Positions 9,355 to 19,919 of a stretch of DNA of 64,000 bases are shown piece after piece. Both the position numbers and the translations under genes were made by a program. The stretch covers positions 6,775 to 70,774 of the forward strand of contig CANQIF010000011.1 in the NCBI GenBank assembly GCA_947623965.1, given 5' to 3'. The number at the start of each line of letters is the position of its first letter. Position 1 is the first letter of the stretch. Source of the stretch: an uncultured Alistipes sp. GTDB lineage: Bacteria > Bacteroidota > Bacteroidia > Bacteroidales > Rikenellaceae. The notes below the pieces were generated by a model. It saw only the letters and a program-made list of their open reading frames with translations, had not been told where the DNA came from and did not search any database.

Positions 9355-11328
9355 ATGGACAAGAGAACAATTGCAGGAATCGTCTTCATCGCGGCGATTT
9401 TCCTCGGATTCGCCTACCTGAACGGCCGTGAGCAGAAACGCTACCAGGAGGAGATGGCGATCTACCAGGCATACCAGGATTCGGTCCGGCGAGCGCAACA
9501 GGAGTTGGCCCCCGTCGACAGTGCGGCATCGCCGGCCGCGGCGGCCGTAACGGCTGCTGCGGCGGTTGCCTCCCCGGAGGAGACTGAGGCGGCGGCCCGG
9601 TCGGCAGCCGAGACGGCGCGGCAGCGCCGGGCGGCGCTCTACGGCGAGACGCTGACGGCGGCAGCCGAGGCGGAGAGCGAGGAGCTGACGGTCGAGAACG
9701 ACCTGCTGCAGGTGCGCTTCTCGACGCGCGGCGGCCAGATCGCCGGCGTAACGCTCAAGGACTACACGAAGTATGCACCGCACGAGCGGAACGAACGCGT
9801 CGAGATGTTCGACCCCGCGGCCGAACGCTTCAACCTCTCGTTCTACCTGCGCAACGGGTTGAACGACGTGCAGCTCTCGACGGCCGACTACACCTTCGCG
9901 GCCGAGCCCGTGCGGCGGGAGGCCGACGGCACGCAGGTCGTGACGATGCGGCTTGCGGTGGCCGAGGGGGCGGCGCTCGAATACCGCTACCTGATTTACA
10001 ATACGGCCTCTCCGGCGCGCGACTATTTGATCGACTTCCAGGTGCGGCTGATCGACATGCAGCACTGCCTGTCGAACCAGACCTCGATCGGCATCGACTG
10101 GACGAGCCTCACCTACCAGAACGAGCGCGGCTTCACCAACGAGAACATGTACACGACGCTGGCCTACCGCTTCCCCGACGAGGAGGCGATCGAGGAGCTC
10201 GGCATGAGCAACGACACGAAGTCGAAGGAGGTCTCGACGAAGGTGAACTGGGTCGATTTCAAGCAGCAGTTCTTCTCGTCGGTGCTGATCGCACCCGGGA
10301 TGCTGAACGGCGCCCGGATGGGCTTCGAGACGATGCCCGACGGCTCGGGTTACATCAAGCGCTACACGATGCAGAGCTCGGTGGATTACGCGCCGGGGAC
10401 CGACCGGTACGATTTCGCCTTCTACTTCGGCCCGAACCGTTACTCGATCCTGCGCAAGGTCTCGGTCGATGATCAAAAACTCTACCTCGAACGGGTCATC
10501 CCGCTGGGGTGGGGGATCTTCGGCTGGGTCAACCGCTGGTTCGTCATTCCGGTCTTCGATCTGCTGCGCAACCACATCGCCTCGTTCGGCATCATCATCC
10601 TGATCCTGGCCGTGTTGATCCGCCTCATCATCTCGCCGATGACCTACAAGAGCTACGTTTCGATGGCCAAGATGCGCCTCATCAAACCCGAGGTGGATGC
10701 CCTGGCGCAGAAATATCCCAAGCAGGAGGATGCCATGAAGCGCCAGCAGGCGACCATGGAGCTCTACCGCAAGGCGGGGATCAACCCGATGGGCGGCTGC
10801 ATCCCGATGTTGATCCAGCTGCCGATCCTCATCGCCATGTTCCGCTTCTTCCCCGCATCGATCGAGCTGCGCGGCGAATCGTTCCTCTGGGCGTCTGACC
10901 TCTCGTCGTATGACAGTGTGCTGTCGCTGCCCTTCACGATCCCCTTCTACGGCGATCACGTGTCGCTTTTCGCGCTGCTGATGGCGATTTCGACCTTCGT
11001 GTTCTCCTACATCAACTACCAGCAGACCGCCTCGTCGCAGCCCCAGATGGCCGGCATGAAGTTCATGATGCTCTACCTCATGCCTCTGATGCTGCTTTGC
11101 TGGTTCAACAGCTATGCCAGCGGCTTGTGCTACTACTACCTGCTCTCGAACCTGCTGACGATCGGGCAGACCTACATCGTGCGGCGCATGGTCGATGACG
11201 ACAAGATCCGCCTGGCGATGGAGGCCAATGCCGCCAAGAAGTCGAAGGGCAAGAAGTCGCGGTTCCAGCAGCGCTACGAGGAGCTGCTGCGCCAGCAGGA
11301 GATGCAGCAGCGCAACCGGAAGCGGTAG
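9355..11328 (+). CDS. yidC: membrane protein insertase YidC
   Basis: N-terminal TM, large periplasmic domain, and a C-terminal 60-kDa-IMP-type core (INPMGGCIPMLIQLPILIAMF, MKFMMYLMPLM) with a basic tail. Confidence 0.9.
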   Translation: MDKRTIAGIVFIAAIFLGFAYLNGREQKRYQEEMAIYQAYQDSVRRAQQELAPVDSAASPAAAAVTAAAAVASPEETEAAARSAAETARQRRAALYGETLTAAAEAESEELTVENDLLQVRFSTRGGQIAGVTLKDYTKYAPHERNERVEMFDPAAERFNLSFYLRNGLNDVQLSTADYTFAAEPVRREADGTQVVTMRLAVAEGAALEYRYLIYNTASPARDYLIDFQVRLIDMQHCLSNQTSIGIDWTSLTYQNERGFTNENMYTTLAYRFPDEEAIEELGMSNDTKSKEVSTKVNWVDFKQQFFSSVLIAPGMLNGARMGFETMPDGSGYIKRYTMQSSVDYAPGTDRYDFAFYFGPNRYSILRKVSVDDQKLYLERVIPLGWGIFGWVNRWFVIPVFDLLRNHIASFGIIILILAVLIRLIISPMTYKSYVSMAKMRLIKPEVDALAQKYPKQEDAMKRQQATMELYRKAGINPMGGCIPMLIQLPILIAMFRFFPASIELRGESFLWASDLSSYDSVLSLPFTIPFYGDHVSLFALLMAISTFVFSYINYQQTASSQPQMAGMKFMMLYLMPLMLLCWFNSYASGLCYYYLLSNLLTIGQTYIVRRMVDDDKIRLAMEANAAKKSKGKKSRFQQRYEELLRQQEMQQRNRKR

Positions 11329-11434
11329 GCTGATGGGGGCCAGCGGGCAGCCGACAGGATGCGGAGTATAGCGATCGTCTGACGGGAGAGGCGCGGCAGC
11401 CGGTCAGTGGGCTGCGTGGCGCGATCGAAACGAA

Positions 11435-11469
11435 CCGGACACCCTTTGCGGGTGCCCGGTTTGTTGTTT
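11435..11469 (+). terminator. probable terminator of yidC
   Basis: Stem CCGGACACCC / GGGTGCCCGG (1 mismatch), loop TTTGC, then a T-rich tail TTTGTTGTTT. Confidence 0.55.
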
Positions 11470-11492
11470 CGGGAAGAGGAGGCGTTCAAAGG

Positions 11493-12160
11493 AAGCCCGC
11501 AACCGTCCCCTGGCTGCGGGCAGGTTTGGAGCTGGGGAACCAATCTGGCGGCGGTTCGGCTTCTTAAAGCGGTTGATATTTGCCGCAAGATCAGCCCGCA
11601 GCCGAGCGGAGTGGGCTGGTCTCGTGTTGGGGCTCGGTCCGATAGGACCGCGCGGGCGACGGTTCGGCCTCTAAAGCGGTTGATTTTTGCCGCAAGACCA
11701 GCCCGCAGCCGAGCGGATGGGCCTGCATGAGCGGACCTGCGGGACGCGAAAATGCAGCCCTCCGCCCGGGGGCGGCTGCGGGCTGCCGACTGCTGCGCAG
11801 TCGGGTTTGCTGCAAAATATCTCGGCGAAAATCGGCGGCTGCGGGCTGCCGTCCTGACGAACCGAAACAATGCCACGGGCTGCCCGCAAGCGAAATCGAT
11901 CCCGCAGGGATCGGCGGGCCGCAGCCTCCCGGCGGCGGAGGCCCGCAGCTCCTTATTGTCGCAGGCGTGCTCCGCAGGCTGCGACCCGAAACGGGATGTA
12001 TGTCTAAGTGTATCCGGTAGCCCTGCTTAATTCTGAATTTAGAATCTTGAATTTTGAATTTGCGCCCGAACGGGCGCCGTAGGCCACAGCCTGGGGCGGC
12101 GGAGGCCCGCAGTTCGTACCCGAACTTGCGCACCTCCGCAGGCTGCGTCCCGAAACGGGA
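11493..12160. repeat. Mosaic GC-rich palindromic repeat cluster C
   Basis: Same module set in both orientations (e.g. CAGCCCGCAGCCGAGCGGATGGGCCTGC, GCAGCCCTCCGCCCGGGGGCGGCTGCGGGCTGCC). TTGAAT tract at about 12028-12062 followed by GCGCCC-GAAC-GGGCGC. Confidence 0.85.
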
Positions 12161-12271
12161 TGTCTACCCAGGTGTTTAAAGCCGCGCCCCGGGTTCGTGT
12201 GGCTTTGCTGCTATTCTTCGCCGGTTGCATCCCGATCCCTCCCTCCAGCCGGCATCGCTATTATATACGGA

Positions 12272-12311
12272 GACGCCCCGCCTGCCGGAAGAAACGGCAA
12301 GGCGGGGCGTC
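12272..12311 (-). terminator. probable terminator of tpiA
   Basis: Long stem GACGCCCCGCCTGCCG / CGGCAAGGCGGGGCGTC (one bulge) 27 nt past the tpiA stop. The downstream tail is only moderately T/A-rich. Confidence 0.5.
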
Positions 12312-12337
12312 CCGCATTGTTTGCAGTGTGCGGACGG

Positions 12338-13096
12338 CTATGCGCCGAAACCCTGGCCGATGGCGATGAAGTCGTCGGCTTTGAGGGCGGCACCGCCGAT
12401 CAGACCGCCGTCTACATCCTCCTTGGCGAAGATCTCGGCGGCGTTCGACGGCTTGCACGAACCGCCGTAGAGAATCGGGCACTCGGCGGCTGCGGCGCCG
12501 AACTTGGCGGCCAGCACCTTCCGGATGTAGGCGTGGATCTCCTGCGCCTGCTCGGCCGTGGCGGTCTTGCCCGTGCCGATGGCCCATACGGGCTCGTAGG
12601 CGATTACGAGGTCAGCGAACTGCTCGGCCGTGAGGTTGTAGATCACCTCCTCGATCTGCACCTTCACCACCTCGAAGTGCTTCCCGGCCTCGCGCTCGGC
12701 GAGGTTCTCGCCCACGCAGTAAATCGGCGTCAGCTTGTTGGCGTAGGCCTGCTCCATCTTCCGGTTGAGCGTCGCGGAGGTTTCGCCGTAGTACTGGCGG
12801 CGCTCCGAGTGGCCGAGAATCACGTACTTGCAACCCAGTGCAGCGATCATCGAGGCAGCCACCTCGCCCGTATAGGCGCCTTTGGCCTCGGCGGCGCAGT
12901 TCTGAGCGCCCAATGCGATGGAGGACCCCTTCAGCGCCTCGGCGACCTGGGCCAGGTGCGTGAAAGGCGGGCAGACGATGAAGTTTACCTCGTTCGAGGC
13001 CAGCGCACGTTTTGCAACGACGCCTTTGGCCAGTTCGACACCTTCTGCCGGCAGGGTATTCATTTTCCAGTTGCCGGCAACGATTTTCTTTCTCAT
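12338..13096 (-). CDS. tpiA: triosephosphate isomerase
   Basis: [13 protein letters not shown] start, active-site region [16 protein letters not shown]. 252 aa from CAT 13094-13096. Confidence 0.9.
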   Translation of the reverse strand: MRKKIVAGNWKMNTLPAEGVELAKGVVAKRALASNEVNFIVCPPFTHLAQVAEALKGSSIALGAQNCAAEAKGAYTGEVAASMIAALGCKYVILGHSERRQYYGETSATLNRKMEQAYANKLTPIYCVGENLAEREAGKHFEVVKVQIEEVIYNLTAEQFADLVIAYEPVWAIGTGKTATAEQAQEIHAYIRKVLAAKFGAAAAECPILYGGSCKPSNAAEIFAKEDVDGGLIGGAALKADDFIAIGQGFGA

Positions 13097-13468
13097 GTTC
13101 GGTTTGTTTTTATAAATAAAACGGTATATCAATGCGATCCATATTCCGATCGTAATGGCGATCGTCAACTGCAGCGCGATCCGTTCGCCGGTTGCGATGT
13201 CCTCCCCGAAGCGGATGGGGAGAAGCGTCCCTCCCGAGAAGGAGGCTCCGTAGGAGATCACGCCGAACCGGGCGCGCGCTTTTTGCGTCAACTTCGGCCA
13301 CAGCGCCATGACTAAGCGCCCCCAGATCAAACCTCCGGCTACCAGCAGGACGGCATAGAAGACGATTGATTTGAGTGCCAGGTCGTTGAAATTCAATAAA
13401 AAGGCAACAAGGACCATCACGAAGCAGATGCGCAGCGCAAGGGCGCTTCCCGTCGTTCGTTTCTTCAT
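13097..13468 (-). CDS. 124-codon membrane-protein-like segment, in frame with tpiA and with no stop codon before it
   Basis: MKKRTTGS... followed by three hydrophobic stretches ([63 protein letters not shown]). Composition is Ile/Leu/Phe/Lys-rich, unlike the spurious ORFs of this GC-rich DNA. Confidence 0.35.
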
Positions 13469-13514
13469 GATCGGTCGTTTTTATTATCGTTCGTTTACAT
13501 TCCCGGCATCTTCG

Positions 13515-13710
13515 GGGGCGCAACCTGCGGGGCATGCGTGTTCAGTTATGAACTGCGGACCTCCGCTGCCGGGAGGCTGCGGCCCGCCGATGCCTGCGGC
13601 ATCGAGGTTGTTCGGGGCAGTCCCGCAGCCGAGCGGACGGGCCTGCGACGCAGAGGAGCAGCCCTCCGCCCGGGAGCGGCTGCGGGCTGCCGGTCGCTGC
13701 GCGACCGATT
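13515..13710. repeat. Mosaic GC-rich palindromic repeat cluster D
   Basis: GCGGACCTCCGCTGCCGGGAGGCTGCGGCCCGCC, GATGCC-TGC-GGCATC, CCCGCAGCCGAGCGGACGGGCCTGC, GCAGCCCTCCGCCCGGGAGCGGCTGCGGGCTGCC, GGTCGC-TGC-GCGACC. Confidence 0.85.
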
Positions 13711-13781
13711 TTGCCAGCAGGCTCTTCCACCAAAGCGGAGACTGCCGGCCTCAGCGTCGCCCTCCCCAACCGTGTGCGGCG

Positions 13782-15515
13782 CTAAAATTCGGGCCAACAC
13801 CAGTGCTTCACATCGTCCATCGAGGGGTTTTTTAGTCCGAGTTTGTTCTTCTTGTTGAACCCGCAAAGGTCGTTGAAGAACTTGCCCGGAGCGAGTTTGC
13901 GCAGCGATTCGACCGTGAGGTAGCCCATTCGCTGGATCGGCTCGACCCACTCGGCCGGAATGCCGGCGGCCTCGTACTGTTCGGGGGTGTCCACGGTGGG
14001 TTTCTTTTCGGGACGCATCGTCGGGAAGAAGAGCACATCCTGGATCGAGGTCTGGCCCGTCATGAACATCGTCAGGCGGTCGATACCCATGCCCATGCCC
14101 GAGCAGTTGGGCATACCGTATTCGAGGGCGCGGACGAAGTCCATATCGATGAACATCGCCTCGTCGTCGCCGCGCTCCGAGAGGCGCAGCTGCTCCTGGA
14201 ACCGTTCGTACTGGTCGATCGGGTCGTTCAGCTCCGAGTAGGCGTTGCAGAGCTCCTTGCCTGCCACGAACAATTCGAAACGTTCCGTGAGGTCGCGGTT
14301 GTCGCGGTGGCGTTTGCAGAGAGGCGACATTTCGATCGGGTAGTCGCAGACGAAGGTGGGCTGGATAAGGTCTCCTTCGCAGTATTGCCCGAAGATGGCG
14401 TCGATCAGTTTGCCCTTGCCCATCGTCTCGTCGATCTCGACGTCGAGCCGTTTGCAGGCCTCGCGCAGCTGTTCTTCGCTTTGCCCCGTAATATCGTAGC
14501 CCGTTTTCTCGCGGATCGCGTCGGTCATCGTGAGGCGGCGGAAAGGCGCCTTGAACGAAATCGTCCGGCCGTCGATCTCGACCTCCGTGCGGTCGTCGTT
14601 CACGGCGCGGCAGACGCGCTCCAGCAACTGCTCGGTGAACTCCATCATCCAGCGGTAGTCCTTGTAGGCGACGTAAATCTCCATGCAGGTGAACTCGGGG
14701 TTGTGCGTGCGGTCCATTCCCTCGTTGCGGAAGTTCTTGCCGAACTCGTAGACGCCGTTGAAGCCGCCCACGATCAGGCGTTTGAGGTAGAGCTCCGTGG
14801 CGATGCGCATGTAGAAGTCGATGTCGAGAGCGTTGTGGTGCGTGACGAAGGGACGCGCCGAGGCGCCTCCGGGGATCGGCTGCAGGATCGGCGTCTCGAC
14901 CTCCAGACACCCCTGCGCATTGAAGAAGTCGCGCATCGTGGCGATGATCTTCGCCCGCTTGACGAAGACTTCGCGCACCTTCGGATTCACGACTAAATCG
15001 ACGTAGCGCTGGCGGTAGCGGATCTCGGGGTCGGTCAGTGCATCGAACTGCTGGCCATCCTTTTCCTTGACGATCGGCAGCGGGCGGATCGACTTCGAGA
15101 GCAGGGTGAAGCGGCGGCAGTGGACCGACAGCTCGCCCGTGTTGGTGCGAAAGGCGAAGCCCTCGACGCCGATGAAGTCGCCGATGTCGAGCAGCTTTTT
15201 GAAGACGGTGTTGTAGAGCGTCGGATCGCCCTCGGGACAGATGTCGTCGTGGCGGATATAGACCTGGATGCGGCCCGTGTGGTCCTGCAGCTCGAAGAAC
15301 GAGGCGCTGCCCATGATGCGGCGCGAGAGCATGCGGCCGGCGATGCGCACCTCGGCGAAACGCTCGGGCTCCGCATCGAAGTGCTCGGCGATTTCGGCGG
15401 CCGAGGTCGTCACGTCGAAGCGCTCGGCGGGGTAGGGATCGATGCCCAGATCGCGCAGCGCCTGCAGCGACTTGCGGCGCAGCTGTTCCTGTTCACTCAA
15501 TTGTTCGAAAGCCAT
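13782..15515 (-). CDS. lysS: lysine--tRNA ligase (class II)
   Basis: 577 aa with an OB-fold N-terminal domain. Class II motifs: [38 protein letters not shown]-terminal GMGIDRL. Confidence 0.93.
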   Translation of the reverse strand: MAFEQLSEQEQLRRKSLQALRDLGIDPYPAERFDVTTSAAEIAEHFDAEPERFAEVRIAGRMLSRRIMGSASFFELQDHTGRIQVYIRHDDICPEGDPTLYNTVFKKLLDIGDFIGVEGFAFRTNTGELSVHCRRFTLLSKSIRPLPIVKEKDGQQFDALTDPEIRYRQRYVDLVVNPKVREVFVKRAKIIATMRDFFNAQGCLEVETPILQPIPGGASARPFVTHHNALDIDFYMRIATELYLKRLIVGGFNGVYEFGKNFRNEGMDRTHNPEFTCMEIYVAYKDYRWMMEFTEQLLERVCRAVNDDRTEVEIDGRTISFKAPFRRLTMTDAIREKTGYDITGQSEEQLREACKRLDVEIDETMGKGKLIDAIFGQYCEGDLIQPTFVCDYPIEMSPLCKRHRDNRDLTERFELFVAGKELCNAYSELNDPIDQYERFQEQLRLSERGDDEAMFIDMDFVRALEYGMPNCSGMGMGIDRLTMFMTGQTSIQDVLFFPTMRPEKKPTVDTPEQYEAAGIPAEWVEPIQRMGYLTVESLRKLAPGKFFNDLCGFNKKNKLGLKNPSMDDVKHWCWPEF

Positions 15516-15604
15516 AGTTATGCTGTTTTCTTATGTGTCCGATTTTCGGGAACAAAAATAGCGAAAAAAACGGAAACGGGGAAATTGCAGCGGCGGGACG
15601 GGCG

Positions 15605-16242
15605 GAATTCATGATTTAAAATGAGCCGTGGTCGTTTCGCGCTTTCGGGGCGCAGCCTGAAAAGGGACCGTGCGAGCGGACCTTCGGAATGCGAATTGCG
15701 AGACTCCGCCGGGCGGAGGCTGCGGCCTGCACGGCCTTTACAGGGCCGAAATTCAAGATTCAATATTCAAAATTAAAAGAGGCTTCCGGGCACGCTTGGG
15801 CATACATTCCGGTCCGGGACGCAGCCTGCGGAGGGCACGCTCGATGCGGACCTGCGGGACGCGAGCTGCGGGCCTCCGCTGCGGGAGGCTGCGGCCCGCC
15901 GACCTCTGACGAGGTCGATTTTATCATTAGACAAGCCTGCAGCCGAGCGGATGGGCTTGCGACGGATAGGAGCAGCCCTCCGCCCGGGGCTGCAGCGCCC
16001 TGGCGGGCGCAAATTCAAAATTCAAGATTCAAAATTCAGAATTTTATTCAGGGCTACAGCCTGCGGGCTTCCGAGGAGGGCAAGTGGCTTGCTATGTCCA
16101 AGAACGGCGAATTTCGGGACGCAGCCTGCGGAGGGCTGAAATCTCGTGCTGCTCGAAAGCTGGTCCGTCTGCTCGGCAGCGGGCATTTGCAGTGGTTCAA
16201 TCGTGTAGTGATTGGCGGGGCTTTCCGCAAGCTGCGGCCCGA
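15605..16242. repeat. Mosaic GC-rich palindromic repeat cluster E
   Basis: TTCGGGGCGCAGCCTG, CTCCGCCGGGCGGAGGCTGCGGCC, and ATTCAA tracts at about 15745-15780 and 16010-16050. Units are mostly in reverse orientation. Confidence 0.85.
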
Positions 16243-16265
16243 TGATTACAAAGCCGGTAAAAATT

Positions 16266-16294
16266 AAAGAGCCGTCGTTGTGGACGGCTCTTTT
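16266..16294 (-). terminator. terminator of the lipocalin-like lipoprotein gene
   Basis: Perfect 11-bp stem AAAGAGCCGTC / GACGGCTCTTT with a 6-nt loop. A/T runs on both sides, so it could act bidirectionally. Confidence 0.7.
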
Positions 16295-16305
16295 CAGGCA
16301 ATATC

Positions 16306-16710
16306 TTAATTGCTTTTCCTGACTCTTACATCGAGTGTGTCGGATCCTTCTTCAATGGTTATTTCTGCGGTCGTATCGGTCATGGACTTAACCTTGTATG
16401 TAAGATACAACTCTCCGCTTACGTAGGTTTTGATCGTCATCCCATTTATAGTATAGGTCCCGTGGCCTGTACCAAAAGCACCTTGTCCGTAATAGCTCCC
16501 GTCGTTATAAAAAGTGATGGAAAAGCCGAACTCGGCACTATATGGATATTTGGTAATGTCGATCCAGGTTCCATTGGCATAAATCGCTGTCCCTTCCCAG
16601 GTGCCTGCGATCCGGTCTTTGGGGATGGATTCGCCGTCGTCTTTCGAGCAGGCTGTAAATAGAAATCCGACAGCTGCACAGAGCAACAAAAGATGAAATA
16701 ACTTTTTCAT
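16306..16710 (-). CDS. small lipocalin-like lipoprotein
   Basis: Signal peptide with lipobox MKKLFHLLLLCAAVGFLFTAC, then IAGTWEGT and a beta-rich Gly/Tyr/Thr composition. Sits in an AT-rich islet. Confidence 0.6.
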   Translation of the reverse strand: MKKLFHLLLLCAAVGFLFTACSKDDGESIPKDRIAGTWEGTAIYANGTWIDITKYPYSAEFGFSITFYNDGSYYGQGAFGTGHGTYTINGMTIKTYVSGELYLTYKVKSMTDTTAEITIEEGSDTLDVRVRKSN

Positions 16711-17119
16711 TTTGTTTGTGTTTTTTTTAGTTAAACTTATTTTGCTCCTCGTTGAGCCTTTGCCGACAGATGGCAACCGTTTAACAAAAAAAGAAACGTG
16801 GGTTATAGCTTACTGCAACGAGGTACGACCAAGCACCCACAAAAACATAAGCACAACCCACGCCATACGGCGCGGGCATTCAGTGTGCCTATTGGTGTTT
16901 TTGCTTCTAAAATTGGTCGTTTTCGTTGCAAGCCAATAGCCTAAATGCCATCAAAAATGTATCGCCTATTCGGCGATACGCTTACAAAAGTAGTAAAAAA
17001 GTTTGGTATTTTACCATATAAATATTCCTATTTTTGAAACAAGGAGCATGGGAGGCAGCGTATTTATACAAAAAAGGAGGTTGTGAAAATACGTAAGATC
17101 CTTTTGCCGATTAGGCAGC

Positions 17120-17915
17120 AAGGGGCGCAGTGTACGCCCGAAAGCGCGCATATTCAAAATAAGAATTATAACTCAGGCAGCAGCCTGCGGACCTCCGCTG
17201 CGGGAGCCTGCGGCCCGCTCGGCCCGGCCCAAACTTGAGACCAGTCCGCAGCCGAGCGGACGGGCTTGCGACGCAGAGGAGCAGCCCTCCGCCAGGGGGC
17301 GGCTGCGGGCGGCTGCGCCCATGAAGGCGCAATTAAAAATGAAGAATTAAAAATGATGCTTGGGCCGCGGCTTGCGAAGGCCCGCAACTCGCGTCCGCTT
17401 TTGCGTCCGCTCGTCCGTGTCCTACGCAAGCTGCAGCCCGATCAACCCGATATGCCATATTGAATTAGAATCTTGAATTTCGGCCTTGCAAAGGCCGTGC
17501 GGGCCGCAGCCTCCCGGCGGCGGAGGCCCGCAGCTCGCGTCCCGCAGGTACGCTTCGAGCAGGCCCTCCGCAGGCTGCGACCCGAAAATACTGGACAAAC
17601 CTCGCCAATTTTGAATGATGAATTTGCCCCCGAATGGGCACGGCAGTCCGCAGCCGCCCCCGGGCGGAGGGCTGCAATCTCGCGCTGCTCGAAAGCAGCC
17701 CAGTCCGCGTGGCTGCGGGCTTGTCAGTTAACGATACGGCCCATCGCGTGGTGGCGGGGCTGTCCGGACAACCTCGATACCGCAGGCATCGGCGGGCTGC
17801 CGCCTGGGGAACGGCGGAGGCCCGCATCTCGCGTCCCGCAGGTCCGCTTCGAACGTGCTCTCCGCAGGCTGCAGCCCGAATTCGCGGGTTGGGCGGATCG
17901 TGATCGCTGCCGCAG
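17120..17915. repeat. Mosaic GC-rich palindromic repeat cluster F
   Basis: Same modules in both orientations, with AT tracts at about 17150, 17330, 17461 and 17610. Confidence 0.85.
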
Positions 17916-18007
17916 GCAACAAAAAAACGCAGCCCCTCACCCTCTCTTCCGCTGTCACTCCTCCCCGGCGCCAGACACCTGGCCTCCCTCCCCGTTCGTC
18001 CGCTGGT

Positions 18008-18046
18008 ATATAAAATGACCGACCCTCCCGGATAGGAAGATCGGTC
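18008..18046 (-). terminator. probable terminator of araB
   Basis: On the minus strand, hairpin GACCGATCTTCC...GGGAGGGTCGGTC followed by ATTTTATAT, about 25 nt past the araB stop. Confidence 0.5.
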
Positions 18047-18070
18047 GTTCGTCAGAAATGCTCCGCCTGC

Positions 18071-19714
18071 CTATCGGCTCTCGCAGTAGCGCCCCAGTGC
18101 GAGGTACTCTTCGTAGAGCGCCTGGTACTTGGCGTGGTTCGTCGGATCGGGTTTGTACTCCTTGGCGCAGCCCGAGGCCATCGCCTGCTGGGCCGCTTCG
18201 ATCGTGGGGTAGAGCCCGGCTGCTACGGCGGCGAAGATCGAGGCGCCGAGGGCGCAGGCCTGGTCGCTCCGGCAGACCGAGATGGGTACGCCCAGCACGT
18301 CGCTCATCACCTGCATGACGAAAGGCGACTTGAGGGCGATCCCGCCGATGCCGATGCACTGATCGATGCGGACACCCTCGCGGCGCAGCCGCTCCATGAT
18401 CGCCTTCGAGCCGAAGGCCGTAGCCTCGACCAGCGCCCGGTAGAGCATCGGGGCCGTCGTGCCGAGCGTGATGCCGGCGATGGCGCCCTGCAGCATCTGG
18501 TTGGCGTCGGGCGTGCGGCGGCCGTTCATCCAGTCGACGGCGATCACGCCGCTCTCGCCCACTGGAATCTTCTCCGCTTCGGCCGTCAGGGCGGGCAGGA
18601 TGCGGTCGCAGGCCTTCTCCAACTCCTCGGGGGTGAGCTTGTCGCCCACGATCGCCTTGAGGGGGAATTCCAGCACGCGGCGCAGCCAGGCATAGATGTC
18701 GCCGAAGGCCGATTGCCCTGCTTCGAGACCGATGAGCCCCGGAATCACCGAGCCGTCGACCTGGCCGCAGATGCCCGGGATCAGCTTCTCGCCGATTACC
18801 TCGGGTTCGACGACCATGATGTCGCAGGTCGAGGTGCCGATGATGCGGACCCACGAGTAGGGTTTCACCCCGGCACCCACGGCGCCCATGTGGCAGTCGA
18901 AGGCGCCGCCCGCCACGACGACGTCGGTCGAGAGGCCGAGCCGCTTGGCCCATTCCTCCGTCAGGCGGCCGACCGGCTTCTCTGCGGTTTCGGTGGTCTC
19001 GAACATGCGGCCGCGCAGCCCCTTGAGCAGCGGATCGAGCGTCGAGAGGAACTCCTCCGACGGCAGGCCGCCCCATTTGGCGTGCCACATCGCCTTGTGC
19101 CCCTCGGCGCAGCGGCTGCGGACGATCTCCTGCGGAGCCGTCCGCCCCGTCAGCAGGGCCGGCATCCATTCGCAGTGTTCGACGATCGAGTAGGCCGCCC
19201 CGCGGACCGCCTCATCCGCACGCAGGACGTGCAGCGCCTTGGCCCACAGCCACTCCGAGGAGTAGATGCCGCCTTCGTAGGCCGAATAGTCGGTCTCCCA
19301 GCGCTGGCAGAGGGCGTTGATCTCGTCGGCCTCCCGGACGGCGGTGTGGTCCTTCCAAAGGACGAACATCGCATTGGGATTTTCGGCGAACTCTTCGCGC
19401 AGGGCCAGCGGAAGCCCCTTTTCGTCGATGAAACAGGGCGTCGAGCCTGTGGTGTCGAAGGCGATGCCGACGACGTTTGCGGCAACCTCCGACGACACGG
19501 CGCCCAGCACTTCGCGCACCGTCGCTTCGAGCACTTCGACGTAGTCTTTCGGGTGCTGGCGATACTGGTTGATCGCCGGGTTGCAGTATTTGCCCTCCTT
19601 CCAGCGGGGGTAGTAGCGTACGGCCGTGGCGAGCGTTTCGCCGTTGGCGGCATTCACGAGCACGGCTCGGGCCGAGTCGCTGCCGTAATCGAGGCCGATG
19701 ACGTATTTGTCCAT
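18071..19714 (-). CDS. araB: ribulokinase
   Basis: FGGY-family kinase, MDKYVIGLDYGSDSARAVLV start, 547 aa, in an operon with araA and araD. Confidence 0.88.
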   Translation of the reverse strand: MDKYVIGLDYGSDSARAVLVNAANGETLATAVRYYPRWKEGKYCNPAINQYRQHPKDYVEVLEATVREVLGAVSSEVAANVVGIAFDTTGSTPCFIDEKGLPLALREEFAENPNAMFVLWKDHTAVREADEINALCQRWETDYSAYEGGIYSSEWLWAKALHVLRADEAVRGAAYSIVEHCEWMPALLTGRTAPQEIVRSRCAEGHKAMWHAKWGGLPSEEFLSTLDPLLKGLRGRMFETTETAEKPVGRLTEEWAKRLGLSTDVVVAGGAFDCHMGAVGAGVKPYSWVRIIGTSTCDIMVVEPEVIGEKLIPGICGQVDGSVIPGLIGLEAGQSAFGDIYAWLRRVLEFPLKAIVGDKLTPEELEKACDRILPALTAEAEKIPVGESGVIAVDWMNGRRTPDANQMLQGAIAGITLGTTAPMLYRALVEATAFGSKAIMERLRREGVRIDQCIGIGGIALKSPFVMQVMSDVLGVPISVCRSDQACALGASIFAAVAAGLYPTIEAAQQAMASGCAKEYKPDPTNHAKYQALYEEYLALGRYCESR

Positions 19715-19784
19715 GGTTCGGTTCTTCTAATTGGGTTCTGCCGGTTGCGGAGCGGGAGCGGTTGCTTCGGTGATTTTCAGAATA

Positions 19785-19895
19785 CGCCTCGCCGCGAGGG
19801 GCGGTTCGCAGCCGCGCGAAGGGACGCATCGACCGCAGGAAGTTGCGGCCCTTCGCCCGGGGGGCGGCTGCGGGCCGCCGACGCTGCGCGTCGTT
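19785..19895. repeat. Mosaic GC-rich palindromic repeat cluster G (short, inside the ara operon)
   Basis: CGCCTCGCCGCGAGGGGCG, GCGGCCCTTCGCCCGGGGGGCGGCTGCGGGCCGCC, GACGC-TGC-GCGTC. Lies between the araA stop and the araB start. Confidence 0.75.
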
Positions 19896-19919
19896 TCGCT
19901 TCTCCACTCCGCCGTCGTT

